From the NCBI GenBank assembly GCA_963815195.1, contig CAWFGE010000010.1, positions 416,001 to 480,000 of the forward strand: 64,000 nt of DNA. Reading direction: 5' to 3'. Below are positions 53,056 to 64,000 of this stretch, in pieces. The number at the start of each line of letters is the position of its first letter. Position 1 is the stretch's first letter. Source of the DNA: an uncultured Planctomycetaceae bacterium (GTDB lineage: Bacteria > Planctomycetota > Planctomycetia > Planctomycetales > Planctomycetaceae). The notes under the pieces are model-generated. The model was not told the DNA's origin and did not search any database. It saw only the letters and a program-made list of their open reading frames with translations. The translations under genes and the position numbers were made by a program.

Positions 53056-53437
53056 CGTCGGCGCCGTCCTTCAGAACCAGGGCGATCTGCTCTTGGGTGA
53101 GGATCGGTTCTAGCATGCTGAGGATGTCGGGATTCTGGCGCGCCAGTTCCAAAACGTCGGCGTTCGAAAGCCCGGCCTCGCCGGCGCGGGTTTGGGATTT
53201 CTCATGCTGCTTAAGAATCTCCTGGTAGTTGGCCCGGATGGCATTGGCCTGGGCGGGCTTGAGGATCCCGATCGCGATCAGGCCCGGCAACTGCGCGAGA
53301 GCCCGGAGACACTCCTGCGTATCGGGAATCGGAGACGCGCCGCGGCTCTGGGTCTGGCGGGTTTTCTCTCCTTTTGCTTTTTCCTTGGGCTGCGGCGAAT
53401 CCTCACCGGCGGGCCCGGGAAGCGTGAGTTGGGACAT
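53048..53437 (-). CDS. Hypothetical protein coupled to the terminase-like gene
   Basis: GGAGG RBS; overlaps the terminase start. Confidence 0.65.
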   Translation of the reverse strand: MSQLTLPGPAGEDSPQPKEKAKGEKTRQTQSRGASPIPDTQECLRALAQLPGLIAIGILKPAQANAIRANYQEILKQHEKSQTRAGEAGLSNADVLELARQNPDILSMLEPILTQEQIALVLKDGADDE

Positions 53438-53622
53438 TACATCCTCCGTGAAATGGAATCGAAAACGAACAGCTTGAGTCAGGATCAACACGCCTGACTC
53501 AGGGTGAGTCTGCGAGACGGACTGCTTGGATCCTTCGGGATTTCCCGGTATTTTCGGGTGTTTGGCTCGGGCATCGATGAAGGAAGACCTCTGTATGATT
53601 TGTTCAAGTCGGCACACCTCGC

Positions 53623-54458
53623 TCAGGTATTTCTCGATTGATAAAAGTGCTGATCAAGTCCCGCCAAGAGTTCGCCGGCGTGCTCCGTCGTCATCGCCCC
53701 GCGAATTTTTTTGGCGAGGCTTCGTACTGTCGTCGGGCGGGTCATCTTAAGTTTTTCGGCCAGCTCGGCCGTGCCCATTGTCGGCTGCCAAAGCAGCCAG
53801 CGAACCGCATCGAACCACGTGGTCAAGGCGAGCGGCGACCGGGCCATGACCGTGCCGGACCGGAGCCCGACTTGACGATTGCAGTTTTTGCATTCCCAAC
53901 TCTTCCTGTCCGCAAAATAGTAGCCGTCGGCCGCGCCACAGCGGCACGGTCGTTCGCCCCGGCGGAAGCGGTCCGCGAGATAGGCTTCGCAGGCCGCTTC
54001 GTCGGGGAACGGCGGAGGGCACGTCGATCCATCGCTGGCTTCCCGCTTTTTCCGGCGGGCCTGAAGCTCTTCGAGCTTGCGCACGCGCGATAAAATGCCC
54101 GGCTGTGACCGAGAGCCTGCCGTTCGGAACGCTCGGCCGCCTCGGTCGACATCGCCCCGGCGAGGACGGCATCTTTCGCCTCGACATCCGGGAGGATTGT
54201 CCATTCCAAGGCTGGGAGCCTTAGAGCCGCGTGCCGCTCGATGGCCTCCGACGCCACGCCCCATCGCTCCATCGCCGCCGCCTGCCGCGCCATGTCCCCC
54301 ACGATCGCGATTTCGGTCGGCCCAACCGGCTGATGCTCCTCGAGAAAAAGACCATGGAAGTGCAAGGTCCGGTCCCGGCCTAACACCAGCGGCAGATTCC
54401 GATCGTCCGACGCAACCGCATCCAAGGTCACCATGTCCATTGCCGAATTGTATGCCAT
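53623..54458 (-). CDS. Helical domain fused to IS1595-like Zn-ribbon/HTH, no DDE domain (frameshift near 54085)
   Basis: FPDEAACEAYL..PCRCG..WECKNCNRQVGLRSGTVM..SPLALTTWF..ELAEKL..KIRGAM. Confidence 0.65.
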
Positions 54459-54670
54459 CGTTCTTACTCCAGCGCTTCATTCTCGGAACTTGGAGCGGGA
54501 GATCGAGCGGACTTTAGGTGGAGTTCGAAAAAAATCCGTCGTGAGGCGAAGAGCCGGGGAATCGAAGACTAAATTGCTTGCGGTCGCTGGCGGCGACGGC
54601 TTGTCCTTAATTTGTCGTCAGGTACGACAGGAATTTCGACGTCGGCCTGCGGAGAGACTCTCGTGGACTC

Positions 54671-55273
54671 CTACGAGCCGACGGTGTGCCATTGGATTTT
54701 CGTTCCTCCCTCGCGCTGGCGAAACTCGATGGCGGTGAGGCCGTTTTTGAGAGATCGCAACGTCTCGCGGACCTTGGCTGAATCAAAGCCGCTGGGAGCG
54801 GGAACCTGCTCAGGCCAGCCAGCTTGTTCGAAGGCATCTAACACGATCTCGACGTTGGAGGGTTTTTGGTGCGTTCGAACCGTTCGGATTGCTTCACCGC
54901 GAAACCGGATTTGTCCCGCGCTTCGAGCCCACTGAGGGCGATCTTCCAATGGAAGCGGGGCGTGATCGCCGAGGGCTTCGAACAGCCGCACCGCCCAGCG
55001 ATCATCCACCAAACGGAGCTGCTGAGCCAAATCGACGGCGGCCACATAGGGACTCTCAATCCTTCTTATGTGCTGCCAGAGACGGATGGTTCCTCCGTGG
55101 CTTTCCCAAGCCGCGGGGAGATCGTCCTCCAGTTGGATCTGTTGATGGCGGGTTAAGAGCGTATCCCACATCTCTTCAGCCGCAGTGTTGTTGTTGACGC
55201 GCAGCACGCACTCTCGCAACTTGGTTAATAGACGTTGCGACAGATTCTCGATGGTTGGCGAATGACCGAACAT
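54671..55273 (-). CDS. Hypothetical protein with winged-helix-like C-terminus
   Basis: RPQW...IRFRGE...VLDAFEQAGWP...VRETLRSL. Confidence 0.6.
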   Translation of the reverse strand: MFGHSPTIENLSQRLLTKLRECVLRVNNNTAAEEMWDTLLTRHQQIQLEDDLPAAWESHGGTIRLWQHIRRIESPYVAAVDLAQQLRLVDDRWAVRLFEALGDHAPLPLEDRPQWARSAGQIRFRGEAIRTVRTHQKPSNVEIVLDAFEQAGWPEQVPAPSGFDSAKVRETLRSLKNGLTAIEFRQREGGTKIQWHTVGS

Positions 55274-56004
55274 ACGATATTCCCTGTCTTGGACTGAGCT
55301 CAGGAATGGACAGAATAAACCGCCAGAGCACGTACCCTGCGATTTCCAGACATCTACTTCAATTATTCCCTCGGCGGATCCCCTAGGGATCACGAAACGA
55401 AGCTCCTCAATTCCCCTTGGCATCTGCGGGTTACCACGTGATCGCGCCGGACAACCTATTTCAGGGACATGGGTCGCAGGTCCTACTCATGCAGCTTGAA
55501 TCCGAGAGATTTCAGGAGGGACCCGGGCTTTATTGCGACACTTGAGAATTCTCAAACGCGCGGGAGTTCGGGACAGAAGATGCGTTCATCAAGACGCGAT
55601 CCCAGCACGAACGGCGCACGCCTCCCGCACGGAACGAAATCGGCCTAAATTCGGCCGATTTTTGCGTCAAGTAACAAGATGACAGCGGTTTAGATCGGGA
55701 ACACCGCTCCACAAGCCCGTCAATCGACATTTCGCTCTGGTCGATGGCCAATTCTTCCCATGGACTGGCGAGAAACTTGTCGGCAATCGATCTGAATTCC
55801 AGTCGCCAGAGGGAAAGCTGGGCGATGCGAGTCCCTCGCGTTGCTAAATTTCTGCAGATTCCGGGCATTATCACTTGAGGGAGATCTTACCCTTCGAAGC
55901 GTCGTCTCAGTGCTATTCCCGCGATCGGCTTTGGAGGCCATCCGGGATCTCGTTTTTGGTCAAGGCGGTCGGTCTTTTCTCTCCGCATGAAAAGAGGTAA
56001 CTCG

Positions 56005-56541
56005 ATGACATCCCGAATTTGGAAAGCCAATTTGCAACCGGAAGATCTCACTGCGGTCATCGATACGCGCGAAAAGAACCCTTTGGAGTTGTCCCCGCTT
56101 TGCGTGGAGCGTCGGAGTTTGGTCACCGGCGATTACACCGTAAAAGGACTCGAACATCTGGTGGCGATCGAGCGCAAGAGCCTTTCGGATTTGTTAGCGT
56201 GCATTGGCCAGCAGCGGGAGCGGTTTGAGCGGGAAGTCCAGCGGCTGTTGGCTTATCCGGTGCGGGCCTTGGTTGTGGAAGCGGCCTGGGCCGAATTGGA
56301 AGCCGGGAAATGGACGACATCGCAGGTCACGGCTTCTGCTGCGATGGGCAGTTGCCTGGGCTGGGTCGCGCGGGGCCTGCCGGTGTTATTGGCCACGGAT
56401 CATGCCGGGGCTGGGCGGTGCGTTTCGCGACTCTTATGGGTGACCGCGCGCCGCCGTTGGCGGGAGGACCGGGAACTGATCGGCTCGGCTTTGGACCCGC
56501 GGCGAACCGGCTTAGCTCGCCCGACGTTGTGCGAATCGTGA
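56005..56541 (+). CDS. ERCC4/XPF-family nuclease
   Basis: VIDTREK, GDYTV, VAIERKSLSDL, RFERE. Confidence 0.88.
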   Translation: MTSRIWKANLQPEDLTAVIDTREKNPLELSPLCVERRSLVTGDYTVKGLEHLVAIERKSLSDLLACIGQQRERFEREVQRLLAYPVRALVVEAAWAELEAGKWTTSQVTASAAMGSCLGWVARGLPVLLATDHAGAGRCVSRLLWVTARRRWREDRELIGSALDPRRTGLARPTLCES

Positions 56542-56621
56542 AAGCCGGCGCGGACGTGCGTAGAATTGTTTATGATCAGCTTAAACCGGTTCAACATGTC
56601 ATTGGGAGGAGAAAGTCGATC

Positions 56622-57351
56622 ATGCCCATGCACGACTGGATGCGGGGATTTTTCATGCGTTTCATCACGAATGGATTTCCGAAATCTCGCGGGCTTTGAA
56701 CCAAAGCCTCTTGCCCGAGGACTACTATGCCCTTCCGGAGCAAGTCGCCGCCGGCTTCGGTCCCGATGTGTTGACGCTCCAAGGCGAGAGGTCGGACGAT
56801 CATCAAGGCGCCAGCGCCTCCGATACGACTGTGCGCCGGCGGCGACCGGGCTTCAGGCTCGTCCCCAAACGCGGTACACCGCCGAGACGCAGTCAGAGTT
56901 TGCCCGCAGGAGAAAAAGTTCCGTGGTCGTCCGGCATGTCAGCGGCGATCGCATTGTAGCGATGGTCGAGATCCTCTCACCCGGAAACAAATCCAATCCG
57001 CACGCGTTTCAAGCCTTTGTGGACGAGGTCTCTGAACCGCTCGAGCATCGCATCCATTTGCTGATCATCGACCCATTCCCGCCGGGTCCGCGCGATCCCA
57101 ACGGCATCCACGCGGCGATCTGGGAACAAATTGAGGAAACGTCCTTCGAACCGCCCGCCGAAGAACCACTGACCGCGGCCTACGAATGCGACCTCACAAC
57201 CCGGGCCTACATCGAGTCGCTCGCCGTCGGCGAAGTTCTTCCCGACATGCCCCTGTTCTTGGAACCGAATGCATGCGTGATGCTGCCCTTGGAAACGACC
57301 TACCAGGCGGCGTTTTCCGTCATGCCCCGCCGCTGGCAGGCGGTGCTTTAA
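56622..57351 (+). pseudogene. DUF4058-family protein (frameshifted)
   Basis: MPMHDW, LPEDYYAL, PDVLTL, RHVSGDRIVAMVEILSPGNK, LPDMPLFL. Confidence 0.75.
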
Positions 57352-57384
57352 ATCCCGCCGGATCGATGACTACGGTTAGCATTC

Positions 57385-58065
57385 ATGGGACTCACCATTC
57401 ATTACAAGTTGGCATCCGACGCACCGAACCGGGACGCCGCGCGGCGCCTCGTTGAAAATCTGCATCGCGCGGCCTGCGAATTGCCGTTCGCCGAAGTCGG
57501 CGATGTGGCGGAATTCGCCGGCGATGAGGCCGACGATCCGGACCCCGGCGAAGCCTGGCTGCGCATGCAGTCCGAATATATCCTCGTCCGCGGCGAGCGT
57601 GCCGCGTTTATTCCGCCGCTCTATGCGATCGCGTTCACGACTTCTCCCGGTGAAGGCTCTGAATCCGCCAACTTCGGCCTCTCCCGGTATCCGGCCACCG
57701 TCGAAGCGGCCGGGCAGACGATCTCCACCGGCTTGGACCATTGGCATTGGCAATCGTTTTGTAAGACGCAATACGCCTCGAACCCCAGCGACGGCGGGAT
57801 CGAAAATTTTCTGAAATGCCATCTGTCCATCGTCCGCCTGCTGGACCGGGCCCGGGAACTCGCCGTCCTCTCGGAAGTTCATGATGCGAGCGGATTTTGG
57901 GACGATCGCAATCTGCCGAAGCTCGTGGAAACCATCGGCCAGTGGAATCGGCACATCGCGGGGTTCGTCGGGCGGTTCAAAGACCAACTCGGACACGATT
58001 TTGTTGCACCGATCACGGATTATCGGAATTTCGAACATTTGGAAGCCGACGACCAGAACCCATAG
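57385..58065 (+). CDS. Hypothetical protein (FCKTQYAS motif)
   Basis: MGLTIHYKL...WQSFCKTQYASNPSDGGIENFLKCHL; intact 226 aa. Confidence 0.75.
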   Translation: MGLTIHYKLASDAPNRDAARRLVENLHRAACELPFAEVGDVAEFAGDEADDPDPGEAWLRMQSEYILVRGERAAFIPPLYAIAFTTSPGEGSESANFGLSRYPATVEAAGQTISTGLDHWHWQSFCKTQYASNPSDGGIENFLKCHLSIVRLLDRARELAVLSEVHDASGFWDDRNLPKLVETIGQWNRHIAGFVGRFKDQLGHDFVAPITDYRNFEHLEADDQNP

Positions 58066-58130
58066 CCCCAAATCGATGGCCCTCAGCGCCATTTCCATCC
58101 TGCGGACTTAACCGGATCTCTTCGTAGATC

Positions 58131-58180
58131 AAACGCCCCTGGATCGATCCTCTTTTGGATCGGTCTGGGGGCGTTTTTTT
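58131..58180 (+). terminator. Leader hairpin plus U-tract, copy 3
   Basis: aaacgcccctggatcgatcc / ggatcggtctgggggcgttt fully paired allowing G-U, followed by a T-run. Confidence 0.75.
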
Positions 58181-58269
58181 GTGCGCTCTCGGCGCGGTCC
58201 GGGGGCGGTGTGTTTTTTTGACACGCCGTCCCCGGCGTGGGGGCGGCCCTACTGAAGGAGGTCGTTTCC

Positions 58270-58926
58270 ATGACCCAACTCTCTTCTCCGATGCCTGCCT
58301 TGTCCGCCCCGCCTTCGTCTCCTCAATCGACGCCGTCACGAACACGAACACCATGGCACGCGGAGTTTCTTCCGATGCTGCCCAGAATCCAAGAGCATGC
58401 CAGCTACCACTTCCGCCATTGGCCTGAGGATCTCCGCGAGGAGGCGATCCAAGAAACCCTCGCCAATGCCTGCCAGGCGTATGCCCGACTCGCCCAACGC
58501 GGGGCAACCGGCTCGGCCACCTGGAGCAGTCTCGCCAAGTACGCCATCCGGCAAGTTCGGACGGGGCGGAAGGTGGGCGGCTCGCTCAACGTTCGCGATG
58601 TGAGTTCCCGCTATTGCCAACGGCACTACGGTGTCTCAGTCCATAATCTCCATCGCTGGGATGATGAGAATCAGGAATGGACGGAGATGGTCGTGGAAGA
58701 CCGCCGGACCACTCCCGCTGACATCGCGGCGCTTCGGATCGACTTTTGGGAGTTCCTCAAATCCCTTTCCCGCCGCCACCGCAAGATCGCGCTCAAACTC
58801 GCCAAAGGCTATTCCACATCGGCTGTGGCCAAGATGTTCGAGCTCTCGGCGGCCCGGATTTCCCAGATCCGCCGGGAACTCGACGATGCCTGGCAAGCCT
58901 TCCACGGCGAGCCGGCCTGCGTCTGA
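58270..58926 (+). CDS. Sigma-70/ECF-like protein, copy 3
   Basis: Paralog of copies 1 and 2; AAGGAGG RBS. Confidence 0.7.
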   Translation: MTQLSSPMPALSAPPSSPQSTPSRTRTPWHAEFLPMLPRIQEHASYHFRHWPEDLREEAIQETLANACQAYARLAQRGATGSATWSSLAKYAIRQVRTGRKVGGSLNVRDVSSRYCQRHYGVSVHNLHRWDDENQEWTEMVVEDRRTTPADIAALRIDFWEFLKSLSRRHRKIALKLAKGYSTSAVAKMFELSAARISQIRRELDDAWQAFHGEPACV

Positions 58927-59015
58927 GCTTTGTCAGCATCTCCCACGCGGTGACCGACTTCATCTCACTTCCCCGTTCCGTTCCGGTACGAGCAATCAAG
59001 GAGATCCTTTTATTT

Positions 59016-59351
59016 ATGTCGTCCCCTTCCCAAAACGAAACCCATTCTCGAAACGGCGAGTCTTCAGGCTCTCTGGTCCCCGCCCGTCTTCCCGCGGCAG
59101 CTTTGATCTCGGCATTGGAATTCGAGCAGCTCCAACTCGAAGAACGCCGCGAGTCTCTCCGTCAGAAGATGGGCGAGGTGGAGACGGAATTAGTCCGACT
59201 CACGAGCCGGCAGGCTGAACTCCAAAAGCTCGACGTGTCGCTCGATCGCTTGCTGAAGTATTTGCAGGAGCACAGATCCAATGAAGAACCGGGCAATGCC
59301 TCCCAGCCTTGCCGAGGCCTCGCCAATGCCGCCGTCGCCGGCACGTTTTGA
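59016..59351 (+). CDS. 111-aa coiled-coil protein, copy 3
   Basis: Paralog of copies 1 and 2. Confidence 0.75.
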   Translation: MSSPSQNETHSRNGESSGSLVPARLPAAALISALEFEQLQLEERRESLRQKMGEVETELVRLTSRQAELQKLDVSLDRLLKYLQEHRSNEEPGNASQPCRGLANAAVAGTF

Positions 59352-59427
59352 TTGAGCCTGTGCCTGCATTGCTCATCCAGAGAACGGCACAAGACCGCGA
59401 GCGAACCAGGGGTTGGCGTTCTCCTTT

Positions 59428-59477
59428 GCTCACACGCCGGGAACGTTCTTGGAGCGTTCCCGGCGTGTGAGCTTTTT
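59428..59477 (+). terminator. Perfect 18-bp inverted repeat plus T-run
   Basis: gctcacacgccgggaacg / cgttcccggcgtgtgagc ttttt. Confidence 0.75.
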
Positions 59478-59704
59478 AGATCATGAAAAGATTGGCAACA
59501 GGATGCCATTTTTTTAGCACTCGGCCGGGATCGATTGTCTCTCGAATGACCGTTTTTGACACACGGCGTCGCCGAAGCATCGCTGTTCGGCCCCGTTACA
59601 TGCGATACGCCGTCGGAAGTTTTTCTTGAAAATGGAGCCGAATCGAATGACAATCATATCCATATTGATCCTTCCTCTGGCTGCGCTTTAGGATCCTGCT
59701 CGAC

Positions 59705-62700
59705 ATGAACGACCATTCGCAACCGGATACGAGCCGGATTGACCAAGTCTGTGACGCGTTCGAACAAGCCTGGAAGGACGGCCGAAGGCCGCAAATCGAG
59801 GAGGGGCTGTCCGAAGTCGAACCGGCACAGCGTCCCGGGCTGCTTGTCGAGCTGCTCAAACTCGATGTTCATTATCGCCAACAAAACGGCGAAGATCCGG
59901 CACACTCCGACTACGTCTCACGCTTCCCGGGGCAGAGCGATCTGCTGGATGCGGTCTTCGAAGACGAGGATCGGCCGGATACCCATGATGTTTCTCGCGG
60001 AGAAATTGTCTCGACAGTTCTTTATGACTCCAAGCGCGATCCGGCCGCCGAACCCGAAACGATGCCGGATCGCATCGGCCGGTATCGGATTGATGAACTC
60101 CTGGGCGAAGGCGGCTTTGGGCGCGTCTTCCGTGGGTTTGACGAAGACTTAAAGCGGGCGGTGGCCATTAAAGTGCCACGCAAAGACCGCGTGTCGCGGC
60201 CCGAAGACGTGGAAGCCTATCTGAGCGAGGCCCAAACCGTCGCGAAGTTGAAACACCCGCGGATTGTCCCCGTGTTCGATGTGGGCCACACCGAGGATGG
60301 CTTGTGCTTTGTCGTGTCCGATTTTTTGACCGGCGGGGATTTGGCCAAGCGGATCAAACGCAGCCGCCCGGATTTTTGCGAGGCCAGCGATTGGATGTGC
60401 CAACTGGCCGAAGCCCTCCATATCGCCCATCGGCAGGGGGTGGTGCATCGGGACATTAAGCCCGCCAACATTCTATTGGATGAGGAAGGCCAACCGCACT
60501 TGGCGGACTTCGGTTTGGCCCTCCGCGAAGAGGATTTTGGCCGGGGAGCGGGCTTGGCGGGAACGCCCGCGTACATGTCCCCAGAACAAGCCCGGGGCGA
60601 AGGCCATCGGGTGGATGGCCGCAGCGACATTTTTAGCTTGGGGATTGTGTTCTATGAACTCTTGACGGGTCGGCGTCCGTTTCGCGGCACCTTGGATGAA
60701 GTCTTGGATCAAATCAAGCACGTGGAAGCCAAGCCGCCTCGGCAAGTGGACGACAAGATTCCGCAGGAACTCGAACGCATTTGCCTGAAAACGCTCGCGA
60801 AACGGGCCGTGGAACGCTACAGCACCGCCAAGGACTTGGCCGAGGATTTGCTGCATTGGCTCCATCCGCTAAAAGCCCAACCCGCTCCTGCCGCCCGATG
60901 GGAACTGCCCTCACGCAAGGATTTGGAGAAGCTCGCGTTTATCAGCTACGCTTCCCAAGACAAAGAGATGGCCTATCCGCTGTGTCAATTTCTGGAAGCG
61001 CAAGGCGTCGGCTGCTGGATTGCTCCGCGAGATGTGTCTCCGGGCAGCAATTACGCCGAGGAAATCGTCAAGGCCATTGACGCCACGCCGATCACGCTCT
61101 TGTTGTTGTCCTCGCATGCGAACCAGTCGGTGCACGTGGCGAATGAAATCGAGCGGGCTACCAGCAAACGCAAGCGGGTGATTCCGATCCGCTTGGAAGA
61201 GGTGCTGCCCAGCCCCGGCATCGAATTGCATCTGGCAGCGACCCAGTGGGTGGATGCTTGGCATTTGACCGCCGATCAATTGGCGACTCAATTGGCGGAA
61301 AACTTTCGGGGCGTGCTCGGCACACCCCAAGGAATGGCCAGCCCGCCCCGTCTGCTGGCGACCTCGCAGCGGCAGGTCAAAATTATCCCGAAGGGCCTCA
61401 GGTCGTTCGATGCCAACGATGCCGACTTCTTTCTCGAACTGCTGCCCGGTCCCCGCGATCGCGACGGGCTGCCCGAGAACCTGCGCTTTTGGAAACAGCG
61501 GATTGAAACGACCAGCGAGGACCAGACGTTTTCCGTGGGTTTGATCTACGGTCCTTCGGGCTGTGGGAAGTCATCATTGGTCAAAGCCGGTCTGCTTCCT
61601 CGTTTGGCGGAGCAGGTGGTGGCCATCTACATCGAAGCCACGCCGGACGAGACGGAAACCCGCTTGCAAAATGCCCTGGCCCAGCGGTTAAATACCAAAG
61701 GCCGCTTGGGGGACATGCTGGCGGACCTGCGCCGCGGGGCGGGTTGCGGGCCGGGCAGAAAGTCCTGTTGGTCCTGGATCAGTTTGAGCAATGGCTGCAT
61801 GCCCACCGGGAAGAAACGGGCACGGAATTGGTGGAAGCCTTGCGGCAATGCGACGGCGTCCATCTGCAATGCGTGGTCATGGTGCGGGATGATTTTTGGT
61901 TAGCGGTCAGCCGGTTTATGCGGGAATTGGAAGTTCGGATTGTTGAGGCCGACAACAGCGCCCTCGTCGATTTGTTCGATCCCTTGCACGCCCGAAAGGT
62001 GTTGTCGGATTTTGGCCAGGCATTCGGTCGGCTGCCGGAAAATCCCAATGAATTCAGTTCCGACCAACAATCGTTTCTCGATGCGGCCGTCACCGGCCTC
62101 GCGCATGATGGCAAGATCATCTCCGTGCGGTTGGCGTTATTTGCGGAGATGGTCAAAGGCAAGCCCTGGACGCCGGCAACGCTCCAAGCGGTCGGCGGCA
62201 CAGAAGGAGTGGGCGCGACTTTCTTGGAGGAGACATTTAGTGCTGGCACGGCTCCGCCCGAACACCGCCTGCACCAAAAAGCCGCCCGCAACGTCCTGCG
62301 GGCTTTGTTGCCGGAATCGGGCACCGATATTAAAGGCCATATGCGTTCCCACACGGAACTTTTAGTAGCCTCAGGCTATGCAAACCGACCGAAAGACTTT
62401 GCCGATTTGCTGAGGATTCTGGATCAGGAAGTGCGATTGATCACTCCGACTGACCCGGAAGGGCAGGACGATGAAGACGCCGAACCCACGGCAACCGGTG
62501 GGCAGTTTTATCAACTCACACACGATTATCTCGTGCCGTCCTTGCGGGATTGGCTGACCCGCAAGCAGAAGGAGACGCGTCGCGGACGAGCGGAACTTCG
62601 GCTGGCAGAACTCGCGGCGGGTTGGAGTTCCAAACCACTAAAACGCAACCTTCCAACCTGGTGGGAGCACATCAACATTCGCATCCTTACAAAAAAGCTC

Positions 62701-64000
62701 TTCTGGAGTCCCTCCCAACAGCGAATGATGAGGACGTCCGCCAATTATCACGGCCTTCGTTGGACTTCCTCCTTGGTTATTCTGACCATTATCGTCGTGA
62801 GCTTCACGAGGTATCTTGCGGTACGTCAACAAGAAAACGACGTGCAACGCGCGGACACATTGGTTAAAAACGTGCTTGCGGCGCCACCTCAAGCGGTCCC
62901 CTACGCAATTGAAAATCTAAAACCGCTTGAGAAACATGCCGTCATAATTCTCAACCGGTTTCTGAAGGAACGAACATTAAATCACAACCAACGCCTGCAC
63001 GCTGCCTGTGCGCTAGCGGAGTTCGGACATACCAATGTTGATGAGATATTGAGCCTGATTGGTAACACAACTTTGGACGAGATTACCAATATTGCCAACG
63101 TGCTCAAGGGAGCAAGAAAACCAGCATTGGATAGATTGAAAATCCAAATCCGCACCGCTGAAGACGAAGAGAATTGGGCGCAAAAGAGCCGTTATGCAGT
63201 AGTCGCACTGTTGCTTGGCGAGAAAAACGCTGCTTCCGAGATGTGTGCCATGCAAACAGATCCGATTCAACGGACCACTTTTATCAACTTGCTTCCCAAA
63301 ATGCACCCGGATTTAACGCTGCTGGAAAAAGTCACTAGAAACTGTAACGACGGGCCACTGCAATCCGCCCTTTGTTTCGGCCTTGGTGATATTTCCGCAG
63401 AGCAAATGTCCGTAAAAGAAAAAGAATTATGGATCGAACGTTTGACGAATTGGTATAAGAATTCAAACGACACGGGAACCCATAGTGCATCATATTGGGC
63501 AATGCGCCAATGGAAATCGGCACCGGAAGTGAATACGCGCTTGCAAGTCGAGAGAGATCCTAATTGGCAGGTAAATAGCGTTGGAATGACGCTACTGCGT
63601 CTTCAGTCGGGCCAATTCCTCATGGGGAGTCAAAATGGAAATCAGAATGAAAAACCGGTCCATGAGGAGAAAATCGGACACACTTTCTATATTTCCGCCC
63701 AAGAGGTATCGGTTCGCCAGTTCGGGCGATTTTTGGATGACATGTCGCCAAACGTCGCCAAGCCTGAGGATTGGCACGGCTATTCTTCTCACACGAGTCC
63801 GACCGAATTCCACCCGATCCAAAACGTTTCGATAAACGATGCAATTCTATTCTGTAACTGGCTAAGTGATCGCGAACAGCGAGGCAACTGCTATCTTGCG
63901 AGTAACGGACGTTGGTCTCTTGCAAAAAATGTCGGTGGTTATCGGTTGCCCTCAGAAGCAGAGTGGGAGTATGCGTGTCGGGCGGGAACTCAAACTGAGT
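59705..64000 (+). CDS. Ser/Thr kinase-TIR-STAND NTPase-TM-FGE-sulfatase-like protein (frameshift near 61745, 3'-partial)
   Basis: HRDIKPANI/DFGLA; FISYASQD..CWIAPRD..VANEIERA; GPSGCGKSSLVKAGL; VLLVLDQFEQ; TM near 62770-62820; FLMGS..EKPVHE..YRLPSEAEWEYACRAG. Confidence 0.9.

Larger units (their letters stand above)
58097..59520 (+). repeat. Sigma-like module, copy 3
   Basis: Homologous to copies 1 and 2, with a shorter, diverged leader. Confidence 0.93.

Noticed and set aside
51532..59520. Complete prophage
   Set aside because: No portal, capsid, tail, lysis or integrase gene recognisable in the window
62640..64000. Diversity-generating retroelement targeting the FGE-like domain
   Set aside because: No reverse transcriptase or template/variable repeat pair visible; the gene end lies outside the window

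Overview
GC-rich accessory region that looks like a Planctomycete genome (LEERILLS extracellular motif, DUF1559, DUF4058, large Ser/Thr kinases). Main contents: (1) three dispersed copies of a ~1.4-1.8 kb module (structured leader, sigma-70-like HTH gene, coiled-coil gene, covarying hairpin), associated with a CI-like repressor, a lone terminase-large-subunit-like gene, an ERCC4 nuclease and duplicated pieces of a glmU-like gene, with no integrase or virion genes; (2) a polymorphic toxin locus with a 4226-aa adhesin-like protein whose Hint domain is split by a ~195-aa insertion containing two transmembrane helices, plus an upstream half-Hint/toxin cassette, two immunity candidates and a PKMT-like methyltransferase; (3) an orphan type II-C-like CRISPR array cut by an intact IS66; (4) nested IS3/IS21 remnants; (5) two large kinase genes, one of them kinase-TIR-STAND-TM-FGE; (6) many joined gene fragments (hsdM, yhcG, drmA-like, TROVE, DUF1559, vapC). 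Many genes carry frameshifts that may be real decay or sequencing indels. All family calls are by motif recognition only; no database searches were run.
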